Source: an uncultured Nitrososphaeraceae archaeon
GTDB taxonomy: Archaea; Thermoproteota; Nitrososphaeria; Nitrososphaerales; Nitrososphaeraceae
Assembly: GCA_963765895.1 (NCBI GenBank)
Contig: CAVXZB010000048.1
Span: 32,001-96,000, forward strand
Reading direction: 5' to 3'
Length of the DNA: 64,000 nt
In this document: piece by piece, positions 44,514 through 57,004 of the stretch
Layout: each line of letters opens with the position of its first letter
Numbering within the stretch: position 1 is the first letter of the stretch
The notes under the pieces: model-generated
What the model was told of the DNA's origin: nothing
The model's input: only the letters and a program-made list of their open reading frames with translations
Database searches by the model: none
Program-made: the position numbers and the translations under genes

Positions 44514-46342
44514 ATATACCTCAAATTCTTATTATATTAAATTTGTTATCAAATTTTATTATTATTGAGCTTTAATTTCCTCGATTCTTTGTATTTTAGC
44601 GTCATATCAATAAGATGATCGTTTTTCATTTGTAATCTCATAAATCCTGTTAAATCCAAACGCATAAGTCAGATTTTTTTTGCTAGTACATTAATGCTAG
44701 GTTGAAGTTAATTGAATAGGTTCTTTTTTGTTGTTATTGTTTCTCCTCCTTTGTCTGCTTCGTAGCAATTTCCTTATTTCTATTATAACACGAAAAACTC
44801 TTTTAATATTAGATTATATATTGTTTCATCTTATTAGATTTGGGATTAATAAGTTTACAAAAAATAGATCAAAGATGAGATAATATATAGTGATAGGATA
44901 AATAAGGTATTGTAGGCGCCAGTCCTAAATATTGCCTGCCGCATCTTTCAAACGGCTATTTGCCCACCTTGGATCTTCTAGTCCTGTTTATATGTACTTT
45001 AGTCGGCTCTCTTTATCATAAATATCATTAGTTGATAATTCTAATACACTCTCCCCAATTTACTTGTCTGACACTATTCCAATAGAATTCCCTCCTACAG
45101 AAGTAATTTCGCTGCTGCCATTGACTTCAAAACTTGGAGGATGCGACGAGGCGATCAATACAGATCTCTTATCAGTGACCAACTCAAAAACTTGGGTAGA
45201 ATATTTAGATAAGAGTTATGTCATCTCAAGTCTCATCTATTTAAGGTATGATATATCTCTTAATCTCATGTGTAGTTCACAGACGCCATCGAATATTCTC
45301 TCAACAACATCTGTTTATACATTATCTGTGGACCCATCCTCTAAGTTAGAGAATTCTTTAACCTTTCCAGCCAGATCAGATGGATCAATAACGAATGGTA
45401 CTATTTTTGTATATACTGCGGTACATAATCCCAAAGCTCCATCAGCCTATTACTCAGCTATCCAGATTTAGATAAATACATTAGGGGACCATTCAATCCA
45501 CATGGCTAACTGCCAGGTGCACTAGCAGATCGGCAGTGACGTCTGGTCTACTCCTTTCTTTCTTATTTTTGGTATCAAGATGGTTGAGTAGAAACCTATG
45601 CATTTAAGAACCCATCAAAAAATAGATAGATAGACATGTAGCTTGATTTTCGTTTAAGTGTGGCTTACAGTAGGATCAAATGGCTTCCAACAGTAAAAGG
45701 AATCCCTTATGAACTGTGGGATGAAACAAAGATGAAACCATTGTCTCGGTCATAAAATGACTGTTTGTAGAGTATCTTATGTCTAGATTGACTAGAACAC
45801 AGAACAGGGAATTAACATTCTGATGCATGACGTACAATATATACAGATATACATAGACTGACTAATCTGATAATATTGATGATGTTTTCTACGTAGCCGG
45901 TCCATAGGCGTTCTCAAATATACTATAATCAGTATTTGACTGGATTCTGTGCTTAGACGCTCTTCTGCCTGTTATCAAGAAGATACAGCCAAGACTGGCG
46001 GTACATTTATCAGTTTAATCTAATTAGGAGTAAATCATTATATGCAATCACAAGGTCCAAGCTCAGACGATAATATAGATCAGGCTAAAGGAATGTATCT
46101 TCATAATCAATAGCCAATCTCTTTGACTCCATTGGCGGCAAATTGATCAAATTTGAATAATCTTTTCAATTGTTTTATCTACTCTTATTATATAGAATGT
46201 TTTCATAAACAAAACATGCGAATGCAAATTTCTACCATCGTTGGAGCATTATCTATCTCCAAACCAATGGCTCACATTTGAGGTTCCATCTAAGATACTC
46301 CATGATTATCCACAAAAAATGATGACTAGATCTCTGGCCTTT

Positions 46343-46948
46343 CTATCTCCCGTGTTCTAGCGTAGTAGCAGTAGCAGTAGTTGAATTATATGTTCTTCTC
46401 TGATGACCCGATACAGCATATGCAACGCTTTGTATCCCTATTATTAGTAGGCTAATACCTAATATTAGCGTCAAAAGAAATACACCAAATGCTGGGTATG
46501 CAAATACGGTAAAAGATACTGCCAAAGACAAAATACCTACACCTACGAGAAAGCCCTTTGACCATTTTGAAATATTTTTATCCGAGATGCCATGAACAAT
46601 TCTAGCAATTCCTATGAAAAGCAGACCAAGAGCTAGCAAAGTAACTAACACGCCTGTTGTAAACAGAGGAAATGCTAAAACTGCAATTCCTAATAAAGCA
46701 GCTAAAGCACCTAGACCGATATTTCCATATCTAGATGACTTAGGTTGTTGTTCTGATCGTGCAAAGCCTGTAACTAACCTCTCAATTCCTACAACTAGTA
46801 ATGTAATAGAAAGAAGGATAGTTATAGTTGCAATACCAACTCTAGGACTTGAGATAACTGCAAGCGATAGCGCTATGGCAATAGCTCCAAGTACAATTTG
46901 TGAGATTCGAATACCTTTAGTAGATTTCATCGTGGCTTCAGTTTTCAA
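46343..46948 (-). CDS. HdeD/DUF308 family membrane protein
   Basis: Six hydrophobic helices with an internal repeat (LLVVGIERL, LLFIGIARI, LLIIGIQSV). Confidence 0.85.
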   Translation of the reverse strand: MKTEATMKSTKGIRISQIVLGAIAIALSLAVISSPRVGIATITILLSITLLVVGIERLVTGFARSEQQPKSSRYGNIGLGALAALLGIAVLAFPLFTTGVLVTLLALGLLFIGIARIVHGISDKNISKWSKGFLVGVGILSLAVSFTVFAYPAFGVFLLTLILGISLLIIGIQSVAYAVSGHQRRTYNSTTATATTLEHGR

Positions 46949-47304
46949 AGTTATTCATATGCAAAAATTATGCAACTCCTTGATTATTAACATCATATAA
47001 GTATACGTGACTGTTGTAGTTAAACGTTCCTAATTATTGGTATCAAACCTTCTCAGTTTAACCTGATCTTTGTATCTAGGTCCACATGTTGCTCGCTAGC
47101 AAGATCTTCGTATTAGCTTTAGGTACATAATAAACCGAGTCTGAATGAGAGTAATAAAGTTATAAATTAAAAATTTATTTCTGTGTTGGGACCTATTACA
47201 TTAATTTTATTATTTGATCCATGCTCTAACTAGAAATAATTTTGACAAGAATTAATATGGCTTACTAAAGGTTTAAGATACGCTGCAACTTACTAGGTAC
47301 ACAT

Positions 47305-47817
47305 ATGCTGAAAAAGGAAAAACCTTCCGAATATCTAAAGAGTAACAGAACTAGCATGATAACATTGTTATCTATCGGGTCGTTCTTTGCAATTCTGATC
47401 GCTACTATGCCACTTCAGGCGGTAAATGCACAACTCAATCCTACAACTTTACAAAGTCTCTTAAAAACAGGATATACTAACCAATATGTATTAAGGACAC
47501 AACATGCAGGAGATCTTACAGTCAAATATAGCATTACTGGCGGGACACTAGTCGGAATAGTTCCAAACCCGGAATTAAAAGCAGGAGATATAATCATTAA
47601 TCCTGGAGGTACTGGCGGAATGCTGACTATTCAAATACCTAGATTTGCCCTCGATGCCAAAAATCCACAAGGTCAGGATATATCTTTTAAAGTTACAATA
47701 GACGGCCATGGAGCGAGCTGGAAGCAAATCCAAAGCACAAATACTGATCGAGTATTAGGTATTGCGTTCGGGAATAATAACAGATTCATAGAAATAACTG
47801 GCACACAAGTCGGATAA
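47305..47817 (+). CDS. Secreted surface-protein domain
   Basis: Signal-like segment; VKYSITGG, GMLTIQIPRFALDAK, FKVTIDG, IEITGT. Confidence 0.75.
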   Translation: MLKKEKPSEYLKSNRTSMITLLSIGSFFAILIATMPLQAVNAQLNPTTLQSLLKTGYTNQYVLRTQHAGDLTVKYSITGGTLVGIVPNPELKAGDIIINPGGTGGMLTIQIPRFALDAKNPQGQDISFKVTIDGHGASWKQIQSTNTDRVLGIAFGNNNRFIEITGTQVG

Positions 47818-47919
47818 AGCTTGTTTAACCAGACGAAAGAGAATATCTTTTTTTATTTATTTTAATCAGAAATTGCATCAATTATTAGTTTTATGATAAA
47901 TTGTATGTATTTATAACTC

Positions 47920-48030
47920 AATAACTGATGGTTGGTGCCTTCTCTATATCTCCTGTAACCTATCTGATAGACACAAGTTGATCTGATAGTTGCGCTATAG
48001 CATCATCTTTTACTCTGTCACGCTGTCTTG
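47920..48030 (-). pseudogene. Integrase C-terminal tail remnant
   Basis: RQRDRVKDDAIAQLSDQLV matches 2460-2520 (RQREKVKDDAIVQLSDQLV). Confidence 0.7.
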
Positions 48031-48668
48031 GCGAATTTTCTTACATTTTCCTACATTAGAAGGAAAGAGAATATAGTAACAAGAAATGTTTTGAATGCAA
48101 GGGTAGTACAGAAGTTGATAGACTGTTAAAAGAACCTATAGATATTTTTGGAGATACTGAGACGTCGAATTGTAAAAACTGTAAAGAAATTTTGCATAAA
48201 CGTGTTAGATGTAATAAAATGACTAAAAGGTCGATGTGGGTATATAACAGTGAAGTACCAGACGAATTCTATGCTGACGCTGCACAAAATGCACTAAATC
48301 TTTTTCAAGCGGTTCTTTCCAGCATAAAAATTAGTCAAGCAATAGCGCATAACGAAGATAAAAGTCAGACTATTAACAGGCATATAACCACTGTCACAGC
48401 AACAATCAAAGTACTAATCGCTTTATAGTTGCATCAAATATGAGATTTCTATATAAAGTCTGTCAATGCTCTAGCCCTCGATTTGAGACTTCGTTATTCT
48501 ATACATGTTAACATGATAAACCCATTCAAATAATAAATAATAGAATAAAAAGCCATTTATTAAATGAAATGATAAACCTAAGTAAAAGTACTATATCACT
48601 GATATTGCTATTGTATTCGTAAGATAGATTAGTATAGTAATCTAACTTGTATCTATCTATCTATCTAC

Positions 48669-49055
48669 CTACTTAGCATTTCGGTCACTTTGTATAATAC
48701 CAAACGAAATGCCTTCAGTGTCTTCACATATCGCTAAATATCCAATACCCGGAATGGCCATTTTGGGTCTCACAATCTTGCCTCCTTCCATAGTAATTTT
48801 CTTAGAGAATTCATCTACGGAAGGCACATCAATCGTATTTGTCACTCTGCTACCGGTATTGCCATTACTACCTTGATTCATTTTAGGAGTAAGTCCGCCG
48901 TTTATGCCTGGCTGGCTGTCTTCTCCTGTTTTTACAAGCCAGTATTCTTGAGGGCCATTCCACTTGTTGAACTCCCAACCAAAAACTTCCTTGTAGAATT
49001 TTATTGCTCTTTCCGGCTTATCTGCCACAATTTCAAAATGAATTACTCTTGGCAT
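48669..49055 (-). CDS. VOC family protein
   Basis: VIHFEI..DKPERAIKFYKEVFGW, GINGGL, DTEGISFG. Confidence 0.9.
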   Translation of the reverse strand: MPRVIHFEIVADKPERAIKFYKEVFGWEFNKWNGPQEYWLVKTGEDSQPGINGGLTPKMNQGSNGNTGSRVTNTIDVPSVDEFSKKITMEGGKIVRPKMAIPGIGYLAICEDTEGISFGIIQSDRNAK

Positions 49056-49654
49056 AACTATAAAGACCTGGTAGTCAATTATTTAAGTTTGATGATCGAG
49101 CGTGGTCTCATATTAACCATATATTCACACTAAATAATAGAAAGTTTGGAGTAGATATTCAATGATTCGCGAATATTGTCTCATGGAGAAAGAGAAACAA
49201 TAGTTATCTATGTGGAGAGTAGTGGATATACAACAGAATATTTTGGTCTTACTAGAGAGAAAAAATTAGTGAAGATAATTGGAAGACGCTTTAGGTGTAT
49301 TAAAGATGGAAGTTTAGTAATCTCTGGTATTCGGTATTTATGAATAATGACATATTGGATTAAGAGAGATAAAGTCTCATATACTATAAATAGTTGCTTT
49401 TCCATAACGAGAAACGTCTTTTAGTACTAAGGAGAAAATGACAATAAATGAAGTACTCTTACCAACAAGGCTTAGAGTTGCACGATGATATTGCGTAGGT
49501 ATAATCCAGCTGATCTGGATGCAATCGAATACCTTGATCAGCAGCAATTTAGTCGGCTCCACCATCTCCAGTTGGAGATGTTATACTGAAATAGAAATAT
49601 TAATTAATTAATTCTTGATATTTATTCATCTTGTATTAAAATTTTTTGTGATGC

Positions 49655-50059
49655 CTATATGTTATCCTTGATAATTACTTTTGTTCCATCTTTAATTTGA
49701 CTCAATATCTGATCTTTATCAGAATCTATAATTCTCCCTACAATATTCACAGCAGAGTACGCCAATATCATTCCGTTCTTACTTATGGGAGTCGGTCCAA
49801 AGAATAAACATAATGCTTTGCCTTCGGGCCAATAAGCAACATCTAATTTATTAACTTCGATCTTTGCACTGTCTTCTAGTCCTATAGATATCATAGTTCG
49901 ATCAGTATAGAGTTCATCTCCCCATCTATTGATATTAACTTCAATTGGTAGATTCTCAAATATTGCTTTGAAGGTCTTTGGCGCAAGAGAATCATCTAAT
50001 TCTATTCTAATCACTTTATCGTCGAGATCTGGGAATACAACAGCAATAATCTTCCTCAT
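49655..50059 (-). CDS. Cyclophilin-like fold protein (TM1367-like)
   Basis: APKT, RWGDELY, DVAYWPEGKALCLFFGPTPIS, VNIVGRI. Confidence 0.88.
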   Translation of the reverse strand: MRKIIAVVFPDLDDKVIRIELDDSLAPKTFKAIFENLPIEVNINRWGDELYTDRTMISIGLEDSAKIEVNKLDVAYWPEGKALCLFFGPTPISKNGMILAYSAVNIVGRIIDSDKDQILSQIKDGTKVIIKDNI

Positions 50060-50278
50060 AACTATATACTGGTGAAGAGATGTAATTGTACTCAAATATA
50101 TCTTATGTCTACATAACTAATGTACTTCTATCTAGCACTGATAACAAAAAATGTTGAATAGTTATAATACTTCAACACATATATGTGACAGCATCTTACT
50201 CGGATGGATTACACTTCTACTATCAGAATTGCATTTATAGATGAAATCTAGATTATGACATAAGTTTACATGTCGTGG

Positions 50279-50581
50279 TTAGTTAATCCTTTCTCCTTCT
50301 TGATTCCAACCACTAAGATCAACCTCAATGAATATTGATTCATTTTTCTTAGCAGCGACAACCCAGCTTTTTAGTTCTAGTTCCCAATTGATTTCATTTT
50401 CATCATCTATTATCTGATCATACGCATCTACAAACCTTGTAAATGATTCATCAACTTTTGTGATAGCCATAAAATTCTCATCTTTCTCTAAACCAATAGC
50501 GAATTCATTTCTGTTTTGATTAGTATAGATGCAAATTAGTGGTTTTCGAATATGAGATTGATTTCTATGATTTGACTTCAT
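50279..50581 (-). CDS. Hypothetical protein
   Basis: 100-aa ATG ORF with plausible composition. Confidence 0.5.
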   Translation of the reverse strand: MKSNHRNQSHIRKPLICIYTNQNRNEFAIGLEKDENFMAITKVDESFTRFVDAYDQIIDDENEINWELELKSWVVAAKKNESIFIEVDLSGWNQEGERIN

Positions 50582-51964
50582 TATTATTCCCTTTTTGTTA
50601 CTGTTACTTTATTACTTCTATAGACCAAAATAAAGCTATCATCTCTTCTCTTAGCACCATCCGATATGTAGATCTTTCTGAGATATATTTCTAGAAACAT
50701 CACATTGCAAGAGCGATCGGTAGTTTACGTTATGCTGAAAGATCTGAAAACAAACTGGTTATGTCTTCGTAGTTAAAGTTCAAAAGTGTACAATTATTAT
50801 TTACTAAAACTATGATATATTATTATAAAAATACAATTCTAAAACCCATAGGAAACAGGTCTAATTGTTTGTCTTCAAGCGAAAGGCCAGAAATGTATGA
50901 TGTAATGTATAATGAGCTTAATTGAAAACATCAAATAGTGCCGTAGTATAGTCATCATACTTGCAGTACTCATCGGCTGCTCCGGAGGAAGTTATTCAGC
51001 ATGACAAGGACATTTCTATACTATCAATCTAGCCTATTCCAAATCGTTAAGTTATTATTCTCAAGTTTTGACTTTCGAAATTGATTCTTATTTTTACAGG
51101 ATTCCTAATGTATTTACAGTAAAGAATTGGTCAATGAAGACTACAGACAATTTAGATTAGCTGTTAAATTTCCAAAAATCATAACTCATAAAGATTAAAA
51201 GATGTTGAAAAAAAGATCTGAAATTATTCTTTTCTTCTATAGTTTATCTTGAAGAAAAAAGTTTTAGCATTATTAATACAGCTATCATCCTCGATGGATA
51301 TGGTCGAAGAGTGGACACCTATTAGTTTACTACCAAAATTAATAATAAAACAATTGTGTTATCTAAAATGGCATTAATACACTTCGGTGAACTTTACAAA
51401 ATAAAGGAACAATCATGTTTTGCTGATGCTCGGAAATCTGAGAGATAGACTGTAAGTAGGACCGATTCAATAAAATACTGCGTATGTTAGGAAAATTAAT
51501 CGCACGATTCTTAAATATTCAGGACGAATAGCAATTTAACGCATAGCAAATCGTTTTTTCTTTTTGGAGTCATAAAAGCCTCAACTCGGATTTACTGATT
51601 TATCATATTTGCTCATATTATCAAATTTCGCATTTTTTTAGTTGAAATACAAAAATTAGGTTCAGTAGGTAGTGATGGGAGGATAAGATTAATGGATCTC
51701 CTGTTAACAAAAATACAAATCGGTCACATGAATTGAGTGTAAATCAGATTGCCTCTTTTAGCTCGATGGTGGTCAGAGTCTGTCGAAGTGGCTTACAGAT
51801 CCCTAGTTACATGATATAAAAGTACAAAATTAAGATAGAATAACCATTATCGCTAGTGATTTGTGATTTCTTTTCCTTCGAATAGAAAAAGAATATCCAA
51901 ATAATAGAAAACATTTATCAGAGATAGTAATAGAATGGTCTTTTAGGAATGGTAAATAATAATT

Positions 51965-53035
51965 ATGATGAAAGCCGCAAGGATCATTAAACCAAAGGAA
52001 TCGTTAGAAATACAAGATATTGAGATACCTAACCCCAAAGGGTCACAAGTCCTTGTTAAGATCCAGTCTTCTGGCGTATGTCATAGTGACATACACCTTT
52101 GGCAAGGCGGATACGAAGGTCCAGGAGGACAGTTCTTAAAGACAACTGATAGAGGAGTAACTTATCCACTAACACCTGGACACGAAGTATCTGGAATAGT
52201 AGAAAATATTGGCGAGGAAGTACAACAACAAGGAAGGATACTTAAAAAAGATAAGGTTCTTGTGTATCCTTGGATAGGCGAAGGACTTTGTCCTGCATGC
52301 AGACTAGGTGAAGAGAATCTATGTGACAATCCAAGATCACTAGGAATTTACAAAGATGGTGGATATGCTGAATATATTTTGATACCAAGTTACAGATATC
52401 TTGTAAAGTTACCAGAGCATATTGACATGGACGTAGCAGCAACTTTATCGTGTTCCGCGCTCACAGCATATGGTGCAGTTAAGAATGCTGATATGAAGCC
52501 CTACGATAATGTAGTTATTGTAGGAGCGGGCGGATTAGGTTTAATGGCTATGCAGCTGGCTAAAGCAGTATCTGGAGCAAAGATTATTGCTTTAGATTTA
52601 GATGATAAAAAGCTTAAGGTAGCAAAAGACAATGGTGCAGATGAGATAATCAATACTAATAAAGAGACTGATATTACCAAATCTGTAATGGAATTGACTA
52701 ATAATATGGGTGCAGATGCAGTTGTTGATTTTGTAAATGCGTCAAAAACCGTGGATGCAGATATGAAATTTCTAAGAAGGCGGGCTAAAGTTGTACTCGT
52801 AGGTCTTTTTGGAGGTGAACTGAGACTAAACTTGGTAACAATGCCAACAAGGGCATATAGACTAATTGGCTCCTATACCGGAACTTTAGCTGATATGACT
52901 GAATTGATATCGTTGGCAGATAGAGAAATAATTAAACCGGTAATATCTGATAAGTTTAAACTTAACCAAGCCACAGAAGCATTGTCTAAGTTAAAAGAGG
53001 GCAAAATTATTGGAAGGGGGGTCTTAAATCCGTGA
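51965..53035 (+). CDS. Zinc-dependent alcohol dehydrogenase
   Basis: GVCHSD, PGHE, structural Zn site E..C..C...C, GAGGLG. Confidence 0.95.
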   Translation: MMKAARIIKPKESLEIQDIEIPNPKGSQVLVKIQSSGVCHSDIHLWQGGYEGPGGQFLKTTDRGVTYPLTPGHEVSGIVENIGEEVQQQGRILKKDKVLVYPWIGEGLCPACRLGEENLCDNPRSLGIYKDGGYAEYILIPSYRYLVKLPEHIDMDVAATLSCSALTAYGAVKNADMKPYDNVVIVGAGGLGLMAMQLAKAVSGAKIIALDLDDKKLKVAKDNGADEIINTNKETDITKSVMELTNNMGADAVVDFVNASKTVDADMKFLRRRAKVVLVGLFGGELRLNLVTMPTRAYRLIGSYTGTLADMTELISLADREIIKPVISDKFKLNQATEALSKLKEGKIIGRGVLNP

Positions 53036-54489
53036 GATCTACTAACGAAAATATTCATAATAATGATAACAAAGAAGAAATACAAAATAATAGAAAATCA
53101 AAACTACAGACAATAAATCCTACAACAGAACAAGTTCTCAAAGAATATGAAATAATGAGCAAAGAACAGATAGACGACTCAATAAAAAAGGCAAGAAATG
53201 CATTCTTAGAATGGAAGAGAAATATTGATAAAAGATCAGATTTTCTTTATGCATTTGCAAAAGAGCTTAGAAAGAATAAAGAAAAACTTGCTAAAACAGC
53301 TACAGAGGAGATGGGAAAAGCAATAAAGGAATCAAGATCAGAAATAGAAAAATGTGCATGGGTAATAGAGTATTACGCGGATAATGGAAAAATTTTTTCA
53401 ACCGCTGAAGTTGTTAATACAGATGCAAGAAAAAGTACCATATCATTTGAGCCCATTGGAGTCATAGGTAGCATAATGCCATGGAATTTTCCATATTGGC
53501 AGGGAATAAGGTTTGCAGCTCCGTCATTGATGGTTGGAAACACTATTGTACTAAAACCAGCTAGTGCAACAATGCAATGTGGAATTGAGATTGAGAATAC
53601 TTTTCATAAGGCTGGAGTACCAGAAGGTGTTTTTCAAACGTTAACTGGAGACTCAACCATTGCAGAGACTCTTATCGATTCTAAGGGTATTAATGCCGTA
53701 ACGTTTACAGGCAGCGTACCTATTGGCGCAAAAGTTGCACAGAGAGCCACGTCACAACTAAAGAAGACTGTACTTGAGCTAGGAGGAAGCGATCCATTCA
53801 TAGTATGCGAGGATGCAGATATTGAAAAAGCTACAACTGGGGCGGTTAAAGGGAGGTTCATTAATTGTGGACAGAGCTGCATAGCATCTAAAAGGTTTAT
53901 TGTAGATAAAAGAATAGCAGACCAGTTTACTGAGAAGTTTGTTCAGAAGGCTGAAAAACTTAGAGTGGATAATCCATTGCTGGAGGATACAGATATGGGG
54001 CCGGTTGTTAATGCTAAATCTCTTGAGAATATAGATAGGATTGTAAAGGTATCTATAAAAGAAGGAGCGGAATTGCTTACAGGTGGGGAGAAAGTAAAAG
54101 ATAAAGGATATTTTTATCGTCCAACTATTCTCAAGAAAGTATTACCTAAAATGGAAATAGTACAAGAAGAAGTATTTGGGCCGGTTGCACCAATAATTGT
54201 CACTAATGATGAAAAGGAAGCTATAAAGGTTGCAAATGATTCCAAATTTGGCCTTGGTGCAAGTATATGGACACAAGATCTTGAAAAGGCAGAAAAATTA
54301 TCTGCGATGATGGAATCTGGAATCGTCACCGTAAATAATATGGTAGTATCTGATCCAAGAGTTCCATTCGGTGGCGTCAAGAAAAGTGGATTTGGTAGAG
54401 AATTATCAAGATATGGTATGCTGGAATTTGTAAATATAAAATCAATTCGACTTTACGACCAACTTCTCTATAATCATCATGTAGAATAA
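53032..54489 (+). CDS. NAD(P)-dependent succinate-semialdehyde dehydrogenase-like aldehyde dehydrogenase
   Basis: IMPWNFP, FTGS, LELGGSDP, GQSCIASKR, EEVFGP, PFGGVKKSGFGRE; GTGA overlap with the ADH gene. Confidence 0.93.
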   Translation: MRSTNENIHNNDNKEEIQNNRKSKLQTINPTTEQVLKEYEIMSKEQIDDSIKKARNAFLEWKRNIDKRSDFLYAFAKELRKNKEKLAKTATEEMGKAIKESRSEIEKCAWVIEYYADNGKIFSTAEVVNTDARKSTISFEPIGVIGSIMPWNFPYWQGIRFAAPSLMVGNTIVLKPASATMQCGIEIENTFHKAGVPEGVFQTLTGDSTIAETLIDSKGINAVTFTGSVPIGAKVAQRATSQLKKTVLELGGSDPFIVCEDADIEKATTGAVKGRFINCGQSCIASKRFIVDKRIADQFTEKFVQKAEKLRVDNPLLEDTDMGPVVNAKSLENIDRIVKVSIKEGAELLTGGEKVKDKGYFYRPTILKKVLPKMEIVQEEVFGPVAPIIVTNDEKEAIKVANDSKFGLGASIWTQDLEKAEKLSAMMESGIVTVNNMVVSDPRVPFGGVKKSGFGRELSRYGMLEFVNIKSIRLYDQLLYNHHVE

Positions 54490-54518
54490 AAATAATCAAT
54501 AAAAGTAGACGAATACCA

Positions 54519-54542
54519 TAAATAAATAAATAAATAAATAAA
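54519..54542. repeat. (TAAA)6 microsatellite immediately before the patatin start
   Basis: cataaataaataaataaataaataaatg. Confidence 0.9.
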
Positions 54543-55864
54543 TGTTCAAAATGGTAACGAAAACTAGCAACAAAACTTTCAGAGATAACAACGCCAATAA
54601 AGATAAATTGTCATCATTAGCATTAGCAGAGAACAACAAAAGAATTGAGAATGTATTAATACTTCAAGGTGGTGGATCTTTGGGAGCCTTCGGGTGCGGA
54701 GTCTACAAGGAACTTACAAAGAATAACATACATCTAGATATTATTGCAGGTACTTCAATCGGTGGAATAAATGCTGCAATTATGGTAGGTAGCAAAGACG
54801 AGAAACATCCGGAGCAACTCTTAGAACAGTTCTGGCTCGAATTAGCTGACAGCTATATAGATTTAGACAAAACAGCCCTTCCTCATCCCTCTGATTCAAT
54901 ATTCCAACTTATAGAACAGTTTATGCCATTTAGAAGCTACTATGATGACCTCAGACTATTGTCACAACAAGAAATCTATTTGACAAATGCAAATGAATAT
55001 GAGCGTAGAATTAAACAGCTAAAGGCATTTTATAGCTCTGCCATATTTGGAAACGATAAAATGTTCAGGCCAAGGTGGATGCATAATAATGCATTAGCTG
55101 ATCCAGAGTACTTTACACCTACAAAATGGACGTATATGTATGATCACTCACCTCTAGCAAAAACTCTTGAAAAATATATCGATTTTGATAAATTAAGGCC
55201 CAAGGGAAATCCAAATACGCGTTTGATCTTAACTGCAGTGAATATTTTAACTGCAGAGTCTCTAACATTTGATAGTTATAAGCAACAAATAACTCCAAAA
55301 CATATTCTCGCAACATCCGCTTATCCTTTATATAACTTTCCATGGATAGAAGTACAAGATGGTATATTCGCGTGGGATGGTGGCTTATTAAGCAACACTC
55401 CTTTAAGAGAGGTATTAGACGTATCACCAATAAATGATAAAATAATATTTTTGGTAGAAAATTATCCCAAAAAGGTTGATGCATTACCAAAGAATTTGCC
55501 AGAGGTTCATCACAGGGCAAGAGACATTATCTTTTCAGATAAAACTGAACACAATATTACATTATCTAAAATAATAACACAATATCTAAGGTATATAGAT
55601 GAATTATATCAAATAGTCGAAGAACACATCGAACCAGCAAAAATAGATAAACAACAACTAAAAAGAATCCGTCTGAAGTACAAAAAATATAAACAAGAGC
55701 ATGGAGCTGAAATAAAAGAGATCTTTTACATAACACGCAAGGAGCCATTTCCTCACATGTACGAAAATGCAGATTTCTCACCGGAGACAATCAGGAATGA
55801 AATCAAAGAAGGTGAAATGAAAGCACTACAGGCAATAAAAAATACGAACAAAATTAACTTGTAG
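54542..55864 (+). CDS. Patatin-like esterase (DUF3734-type C-terminus)
   Basis: LQGGGSLGAF, GTSIGG, WDGGLLSNTPL, DFS. Confidence 0.92.
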   Translation: MFKMVTKTSNKTFRDNNANKDKLSSLALAENNKRIENVLILQGGGSLGAFGCGVYKELTKNNIHLDIIAGTSIGGINAAIMVGSKDEKHPEQLLEQFWLELADSYIDLDKTALPHPSDSIFQLIEQFMPFRSYYDDLRLLSQQEIYLTNANEYERRIKQLKAFYSSAIFGNDKMFRPRWMHNNALADPEYFTPTKWTYMYDHSPLAKTLEKYIDFDKLRPKGNPNTRLILTAVNILTAESLTFDSYKQQITPKHILATSAYPLYNFPWIEVQDGIFAWDGGLLSNTPLREVLDVSPINDKIIFLVENYPKKVDALPKNLPEVHHRARDIIFSDKTEHNITLSKIITQYLRYIDELYQIVEEHIEPAKIDKQQLKRIRLKYKKYKQEHGAEIKEIFYITRKEPFPHMYENADFSPETIRNEIKEGEMKALQAIKNTNKINL

Positions 55865-56187
55865 AGTATGAAAGCTTTGTAACTAGATACTACAAAATCC
55901 TATTTGTCTACGTATATATTGATTTAGTTATCACGTGTCAGACATTAAAGAAAAAAGAGAAAATAAGAATAATCATAGATGATGTAAATCTACAAACTGA
56001 GACATCTTATGATTATTTGTTTTCTGACCTTCTTTTTCAAACTTAACAAAGAAGTACTCAGCTTTAAAACAATATTCTCCATTTCTATAAACCACATTAT
56101 AGTATATTTTAGGAATAACCTTCATTTTTCAGTATAGAATACTGATTAATGTAAATATTGCCTATAATGCTCTTAGCTAATGATTGA

Positions 56188-57004
56188 ATGATAGTAGAGG
56201 TTGCTGGGATGCACAGACATATGACGAGATTTCACGCTTAGTATAATATCAATGGGGTCTGCAGGTTTTAAAATGGCAAGAATGGAATGGAAAAGAAATT
56301 ATCATGGATGCTGGATGTGGTTCTGGTCTTCCTACCAAATTGCTAGCGAAGAAAGTTCCTAGAGGAAAAGTCTATGCTGTAGATATTGACGTCAATATGA
56401 TAAGACAGGCAAAAAGGAATCTGGGGGATTTACAAAATGTCGAGATAGTATTGGCCGATTCTTACTAAAGTAAAACTTGATTTAGAATTAGATATCATTT
56501 TTTCTAATGCTGTACTTCGCTGGGTTCATGATCACACCCAAGTTTTTCATCATTTTTGGAAGATGCTAAAGTATAACGGCTTGGAAAAAACAGAACTATT
56601 AATCCAGTGTGGAGGATATGGAAACTTACGAAGAACTCTTGCTGGTGTGCAAAAAATATGGAGTTAAAAGAATTCAGGGAGCATTTCTCAAATATGGGTA
56701 CCCTGTGGTATTTTACAAAACCTGATGACACGTCTAAGCTACTAAAAAGAATAGGTTTTACAAATACAAATGTTAATTTACATAATGATCGCATAAATCT
56801 AACTAATCGTAAACTATATGGTAGATTTGTAAAAACCGTAATAATGAAACCTTTCCTAGAGAGTTTCCTGAAGAAAAAATAAAGAATAAATATTTGGAGT
56901 CATTCTTGAATGAAGTTGAGAATAATAGTTCGAGTAGTAACGAATCTCAGACTACATGGTCATTAGATTACGTTAGGTTAAATATCATTGCTGAAAAGCC
57001 ATAG
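56188..57004 (+). pseudogene. Trans-aconitate-methyltransferase-like SAM methyltransferase, frameshifted
   Basis: WDAQTYDEIS, MDAGCGSG, IFSNAVLRWV, QCGGYGN and LDYVRLNI lie in different frames. Confidence 0.8.

Noticed and set aside
45064-45471. 135-aa plus-strand ORF
   Set aside because: It has the Ser/Thr/Ile-rich composition of an antisense frame. The minus strand looks like a stop-riddled decayed gene that I could not assign.
48649-48667. (TATC)n tract after the VOC gene
   Set aside because: Short microsatellite with no evident function.
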